A DNA stretch of 64,000 bases from positions 191,501-255,500 of the forward strand of contig CAVYDF010000009.1 of NCBI GenBank assembly GCA_963767205.1. The letters are read 5' to 3'. The notes under the pieces are model-generated. The model was not told the origin of the DNA, did not search any database, and worked only from the letters and a program-made list of their open reading frames with translations. Position numbers and translations under genes: made by a program. This document shows, piece by piece, positions 57,000 to 64,000 of the stretch. Source of the stretch: an uncultured Acidobacteriota bacterium. Lineage in GTDB: Bacteria; Acidobacteriota; Terriglobia; Acidiferrales; UBA7541. The first letter of the stretch is position 1. Each line of letters starts with the position of its first letter.

Positions 57000-58553
57000 T
57001 TAAGGAAAGAGGGGCCAGAGTTCGGACTTGGCGATGAGTTTCGAGTACGGAATGACGATCTGCGGAAGTTGGTCAGGGGAAACGGGGCCCTTCGAGATCG
57101 TAGTCAAAACTTGAAGGCCGCCCTCGGCAACCAAATCCCTCGGATGTTCACCGAGCACGGCGGCGTATTGGTCATGCGCTTCAGTTCTCTTTCCCATCGC
57201 GCTGTAAACTACTCCAAGCACATTCTGTGCTTCAAAAAAACCTTTGCGATCCTCGATTGCCTGACGTAAATACCTTTCGGCCTCGGTGTAGTTTTCAACC
57301 CGATACGAACTAACGCCTAGAATGAAGTTAGCTGCAGCCTTGTTCTCTGCTTCTGACTTGAGGGCCCAACCAATCTCCTTCGGAGCGTATTCAGGAAATC
57401 CCGCCCCTATATATGCCAGCGCCAGATTATGACGGAGCGCTAAGTTGTTAGGGTCAAGGTCGACAGCCCGGCGCAGCACCGGCCAGGCCTGAGTGGGATC
57501 GTTCTGATCGAGCCGGAGAATCCCGAGCATTTCAAGCGAAAGAGCGTTATTCGGATCACGGACGATCGACTTTTGAAGTTTGGGAATTGCTGCCGCGGGA
57601 TCATTCTCGCGAATAAGCGCTACCGCAGCACCGTATTGCACGATAGTGGCGTTGTGTTTGGCAAGACCGAAGGCCCCGGCGACAACCGTCACGGCAGCGA
57701 TGATAGCGACCATAGCCAGACGAAGATCTTCCGCTCGTGAGGTTGTAGAATCGCCGAATGAAAGGGGTCGTTGCGAGAGATCCGGTGGCGAAGACGCTTC
57801 TCCAGTTCGCCGCAGGACGCATGGGAGCACCGCACCGAGAATCAGCCCTGCAATCAGCCCACCGACGTGCGCGGCATTGTTCACGCGAAGCGCGACGGCT
57901 CCAAAAAACAAATTGTAGAAAATGAACACAGCGACGCTTTTCAGCCGCCGCTTTGCGAACTCGGGGCTGATGGGCGCTTTCTTAAACACAAGGAAAGAAA
58001 AAAACGCTCCTGCGACACCGAAGATTGCACCCGAAGCTCCCGCCCCGCCTCCCAGTGGCTTCCACACCAAGCTGGCCTCGCTGCCTGCAATCCCACAAAC
58101 GACGTAAGTAAGCAGGAAGGCCTTCCAGCCCATTAAGCGTTCGAGAACTGGACCGAGACTCCAAAGACACCACATGTTCAGGGCGATGTGAATGATGCCG
58201 ATGTGGACAAAAGTGGACGTGAAAAGCCGCCACCACTCTCCGCTTAAGGTTAGTGGACTGAAATCGGCACCCCAACGAACGAGTTCCAAATAGGTAGGCT
58301 CGGTCCACGACAGACCTGAAATTCCCACTGCCAGAAATATAAGGACGTCGATCGCAAAAATTGCGTACGTTACGAACGGAGGCGATCCACCGAGTAGCAG
58401 CAATTCATCCCCTGCACGCGCGACCCGGGTATTCGGAGACTGCTGAACGATCGCCTGCGGGAAGGCGCGTCGACACTCACGGCACTCCGTCGGAACCGCG
58501 GAACCGAATGAAAAGCCGCTGAATTGTTTTCCACAGCGAGCGCACGCGGGCAT
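57000..58553 (-). CDS. Rhomboid intramembrane serine protease with an N-terminal zinc ribbon and C-terminal TPR repeats
   Basis: CARCGKQF..CRECR, then ..WRLFTSTFVHIGIIHIALNMW..GASGAIFGVAGA..HVGGLIAG, then TPR-like repeats. Confidence 0.88.
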   Translation of the reverse strand: MPACARCGKQFSGFSFGSAVPTECRECRRAFPQAIVQQSPNTRVARAGDELLLLGGSPPFVTYAIFAIDVLIFLAVGISGLSWTEPTYLELVRWGADFSPLTLSGEWWRLFTSTFVHIGIIHIALNMWCLWSLGPVLERLMGWKAFLLTYVVCGIAGSEASLVWKPLGGGAGASGAIFGVAGAFFSFLVFKKAPISPEFAKRRLKSVAVFIFYNLFFGAVALRVNNAAHVGGLIAGLILGAVLPCVLRRTGEASSPPDLSQRPLSFGDSTTSRAEDLRLAMVAIIAAVTVVAGAFGLAKHNATIVQYGAAVALIRENDPAAAIPKLQKSIVRDPNNALSLEMLGILRLDQNDPTQAWPVLRRAVDLDPNNLALRHNLALAYIGAGFPEYAPKEIGWALKSEAENKAAANFILGVSSYRVENYTEAERYLRQAIEDRKGFFEAQNVLGVVYSAMGKRTEAHDQYAAVLGEHPRDLVAEGGLQVLTTISKGPVSPDQLPQIVIPYSKLIAKSELWPLFP

Positions 58554-58680
58554 GGTCGCGACAGTGCTCTCCCGTACCGCGAGGGGTAAATTCTAAATAA
58601 GTGGACTTGAAGATATCTTTGTTTCGGTTGGGGAGGAAACGAAAATCGCCTTGGTGTTTCCGTTACTGCAGCGACGAACG

Positions 58681-60310
58681 CTATGGATTCTTCGCGGGGT
58701 TAGCGGGTTCAGGAGCGTCCGCGACCGGCGTCGACGGGCCGATTTTGGTTTCGACGCGGAATTTCTTGTAGTCGCTGTAGCGGTCGATTTCGTTTTGGCG
58801 GACTCTGACGAAAACCACGCGGGCGGCGGCGTGAACTTCGGCGTAGGACGGCAGCCACACTTCGCCATTGATTTTCGTTTGCTCGAAGACGAGGTTCGTA
58901 CCCTTGTCGAGCGAAGCCAGCAAGCCACCGCCGATTTTCACCTTGTCGCTGAAGCGAGCCTCGAGCCGGGCCACGTCGCGAGCCTGTTCGTCAATCCACA
59001 CCACGCCAACCAATTTTTGCACGATGGATTCGACCAGCTTGCGCGGCTTGTAATCGGGATTCGGGCCGAAATCGAAGACGATCACATCCTGTCCGCGAAA
59101 TCTCTCGCGGCGAGGGTTCGTGAAGCTTTCGGCGCGGAGAAAATCGGAAATCTGCGCCTGCTGGCGTTCGTCTTCTTTTTCCTGTTTCTTGGGATCGTTC
59201 GCGAGCTCGGCCTGCTTCTTCTGAAATTCGCTGAACTCTTTATTGAACCGCTCATCCTCCTTGTGCTGCTGTTCGGCACTAAGCGGCTTCGAATCGTCTT
59301 TCACGAGGTGGCGGATTTCATCGCCGCCGCAATTAAACACGTCGTATTCCTTCACCTCGCGCGACGTAACGTCCTCCCCGGGAATCGAACTTCTCCTCTT
59401 CCGCGACCACATGACAGGTGTATTGCTTCTGCAGCTCCTCGATCGCTTTCTGGTTTTTGGCCACGTCGAGCAGAAGCGCTTTGATATCGGGAAGCGGGCG
59501 GCTCTTGTTGTTCGGAAAGTCGAAAACGGAATCGTTTACTGGTGCGTTCCACTCGATGCGCGAGACGGCGACAGTGTAATTGCGGCCGGCGCGGCGCAGC
59601 GTGATTCGATAAGGAGCCTCGACACCCTCGACGCGGCGGTAGTCGGCGTAGTCGAGCTCTTCTGCGGCAGCGTTCTTCGATCCCGGCTGCTGTTGTGCCG
59701 CGGCTGGAATGATTTCGCGAATCAGCAAGTGAGTTTGCGCGTCGAAAAACAGTTCGCGGGAAACGCGAGGCGAAAGCGCGATGCGAACGTGATACGCCTT
59801 GCGCCCGCCCACATCCTCCGTATCAATCAACTGCAATCCGAATTTGGATTTCTTCGCGTCCGCCAGCCTGCTGTTCAGGTAGCGCCCGGCCGCTTCCCAC
59901 TCCGAAGCGACGGCGCCGGTCAGCGTGTGCGGTGCACCAGTCGAGTCGGACGATGAATCGGCACCCGTGCTCTGGCCGGACGTCTCCTGGCCAGAAGTGT
60001 CCTGGCCCCAAGCCGATTTCCCGTTGTAAGCCTCAATCAGGCGACGCGGCCCGATAATAATTTCGGAGTAGAACTTGTCAGGCGCTTTGGTGATGAGCGA
60101 ATACGTGCCGGATTGTCCGGTGGCATCGTCAGTCAAGCTTCCAGTGATGCTGGCAGTCTGAATCTTCGCGAGGGCCTTTGCGCCGCCTTCAGCGTGAACG
60201 TATTCGTCCACAATCTTCTGCGCGGATTGCGCGAAGCACGGGCTGCCGCCAGCACTGAAGAGAACAAGCCAAACACCCAGCAGACGCTTTGGAGGGGCGG
60301 CGATTTTCAC
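58681..60310 (-). CDS. Secreted hypothetical protein (LolA-like fold guess; apparent frameshift at 59376-59383)
   Basis: GTG 60310 gives the signal peptide KIAAPPKRLLGVWLVLFSAGGSPCFAQS. ORFs 59333..60418 and 58681..59412 join at a CCCCGGG run (..EEEKFDS|GEDVTSREVKEYD..). Confidence 0.6.
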
Positions 60311-60475
60311 CAAACGAGCGTAGCACGTTGCGAGCGGCCGACTAATACGATGGAGGGCGGATTGACTTGCAGGACGACCGGGGCCTAACATCACCAAACG
60401 TTCCGATACGGCAGCCATTCCGACGTTCCCGACAATCTCGATGTAACGCGGGGCGGCCGTTGAGCACTATCTGAA

Positions 60476-61834
60476 ATGCCCCGTGAAGCAGTTGCGGCGT
60501 TGCCACCGACTGAAGCCGCCGGCCTGACCCCGACTCAATGGCTCGTCTGTGCCGTCGCCTGCCTCGGCTTTCTGTTTGATCTCTACGAAGTCCTGGTGAT
60601 GCCTCTGATCGTGCGGCCGGTGCTGGCGGATCTAGGCCACTTGAGGCCGGGCACTCCAGCGTTCAATTTATGGGTAGGTTTGCTGTTCTTCGTTCCCACG
60701 GCGATCGGCGGCATCTTCGGCCTTCTCGGCGGCTATTTGATTGATCTTCTCGGGCGCCGCCGCGTGCTCGTCTGGAGCATAGTTCTCTACGCCTTTTCCG
60801 CATTAGCAGCAAGTTACGCAACTTCGCTGCATCAGATCATGTTTTTTCGTTGTGCCACGTTGGTGGGAGTTTGTGTGGAGTATGTAGCAGCCATCACGTG
60901 GCTGGCGGAACTTTTCTCGAATCCAAAGCAGAGAGAGTCCGTGCTGGGCTACGCTCAGGCTTTTTATCCTTTGGGCGGCTTCGTGGCCGCCGGCGCCTAC
61001 TATGTTGCCGTCACTTGGGCATCGCGCCTTCCGGCGATTCATGGAGCCCACGAAGCGTGGCGGTACACGCTGCTTGCAGGGCTTATTCCTGCGATTCCGC
61101 TTATCGTAGTTCGACCGTTCTTGCCCGAGTCGCCCGTATGGCGTGAGAAGAAATCTGCTTGGGAAATTGGAACGTCCCAGCTTTCGGGAACTGTTCCAGC
61201 CAGCCTTGCGACGGACCACCCTGGTGACAACGCTTTTGATGGGCGCAACGTTCGGCGCTCGCATTTGGGGCAATCCAGCACACGGTCCGGATTGTTCCCG
61301 GCCTCGCCGACGTTCGCGATCTGCGCTCCAAAACAGATCGAACAGACCGTGAGCCACGTACAAGTGCTGCAGGAACTGGGCGGCGTAGCCGGGCGCGTGA
61401 TATTCGCGTTACTGATTATCCGCATCGCGTCGGAACGGCGCCGTATGCGAATTTTTCTGGTGCCGGCGTTTGTGGTATTCGCGTGGCTCTATTTCTTTGC
61501 CGCAACTCGGACTCTGGCTCAGCTTGGCTGCGGCGTCTTTCTTGCAACTGTGCTGTTTAACGGACTGCACAGCTTTTGGGGCAACTACATGCCTCGCGTT
61601 TATCCCACGCACTTGCGGGGCACCGGCGGAAGTTTCGCAATGAATCTTGGGGGCAGAACGCTTGGCGCCTCTGCCGCGCTCGCGACAACTCAACTCGCCA
61701 ATGTGATGCCAGGCTCGGGACCATCGCTGCAACTGTCTTACTCAGCTGGAACAGTGGCCCTGGTGGCGTGCGCGTTAGCATTAGCGGGGAGTGCTTGGCT
61801 GGGTGAGCCAGCGAGCGAACAACTTCCCGATTGA
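60476..61834 (+). CDS. MFS transporter (three apparent +1 frameshifts between 61157 and 61326)
   Basis: TM-rich ends lie in the frame of 60476. The middle reads GKLERPSFRELFQPALRRTTLVTTLLMGATFGA (frame +1), then AFGAIQHTVRIVPGLADVRDL (frame +2), then APKQIEQTVSHVQVLQELGG (original frame). Confidence 0.75.
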   Translation: MPREAVAALPPTEAAGLTPTQWLVCAVACLGFLFDLYEVLVMPLIVRPVLADLGHLRPGTPAFNLWVGLLFFVPTAIGGIFGLLGGYLIDLLGRRRVLVWSIVLYAFSALAASYATSLHQIMFFRCATLVGVCVEYVAAITWLAELFSNPKQRESVLGYAQAFYPLGGFVAAGAYYVAVTWASRLPAIHGAHEAWRYTLLAGLIPAIPLIVVRPFLPESPVWREKKSAWEIGTSQLSGTVPASLATDHPGDNAFDGRNVRRSHLGQSSTRSGLFPASPTFAICAPKQIEQTVSHVQVLQELGGVAGRVIFALLIIRIASERRRMRIFLVPAFVVFAWLYFFAATRTLAQLGCGVFLATVLFNGLHSFWGNYMPRVYPTHLRGTGGSFAMNLGGRTLGASAALATTQLANVMPGSGPSLQLSYSAGTVALVACALALAGSAWLGEPASEQLPD

Positions 61835-61907
61835 CAGCTCGCGGCTTGACTTGCACCGCGAGCGCAGCCTAATATCGCGCGCACTTAACTGACCGCATCT
61901 CCGGAAA

Positions 61908-64000
<2,093 letters not shown>

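Noticed and set aside
56906-57000. Purine riboswitch upstream of the purine permease (and of purB at 54028-54090)
   Set aside because: I could not find the conserved three-way-junction sequence pattern in either leader.

Overview
High-GC chromosomal segment that looks acidobacterial: CarboxypepD_reg-type TonB-dependent receptor, duplicated orphan FtsX-type (ADOP) permease, and a Ser/Thr kinase fused to a TolB-like propeller. The core holds ordinary housekeeping genes: tetR-adh, the rmlABCD dTDP-rhamnose operon, serA, mtaB, acpS, pgeF, rlmN, purB, an M16 peptidase, an ECF sigma factor, a rhomboid protease and transporters. I found no confidently new multi-gene system. Four things deserve a second look. 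(1) A 1.55 kb IS110/IS1111-type element (4585-6132) has ends that can be placed exactly. An internal RNA loop in it has two arms that match the two insertion-site flanks, which suggests a bridge RNA. (2) The element sits in one copy of a small palindromic repeat family found about 150-185 nt upstream of three envelope genes (cupin, sortase, TonB-like). (3) A roughly 20 kb AT-richer genomic island (16707-36909) is integrated in tRNA-Pro(CGG). It is bounded by a 48 bp direct repeat and carries a tyrosine integrase, an RHH plus serine recombinase pair, and many unknown, often Cys-rich, mini-genes. (4) A 1.08 kb gene-free region contains an array of CGATTAGAA motifs. About 20 single-base frameshifts interrupt otherwise intact genes across both core and island. 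These are most likely assembly indel errors, so the ORF track fragments many genes.
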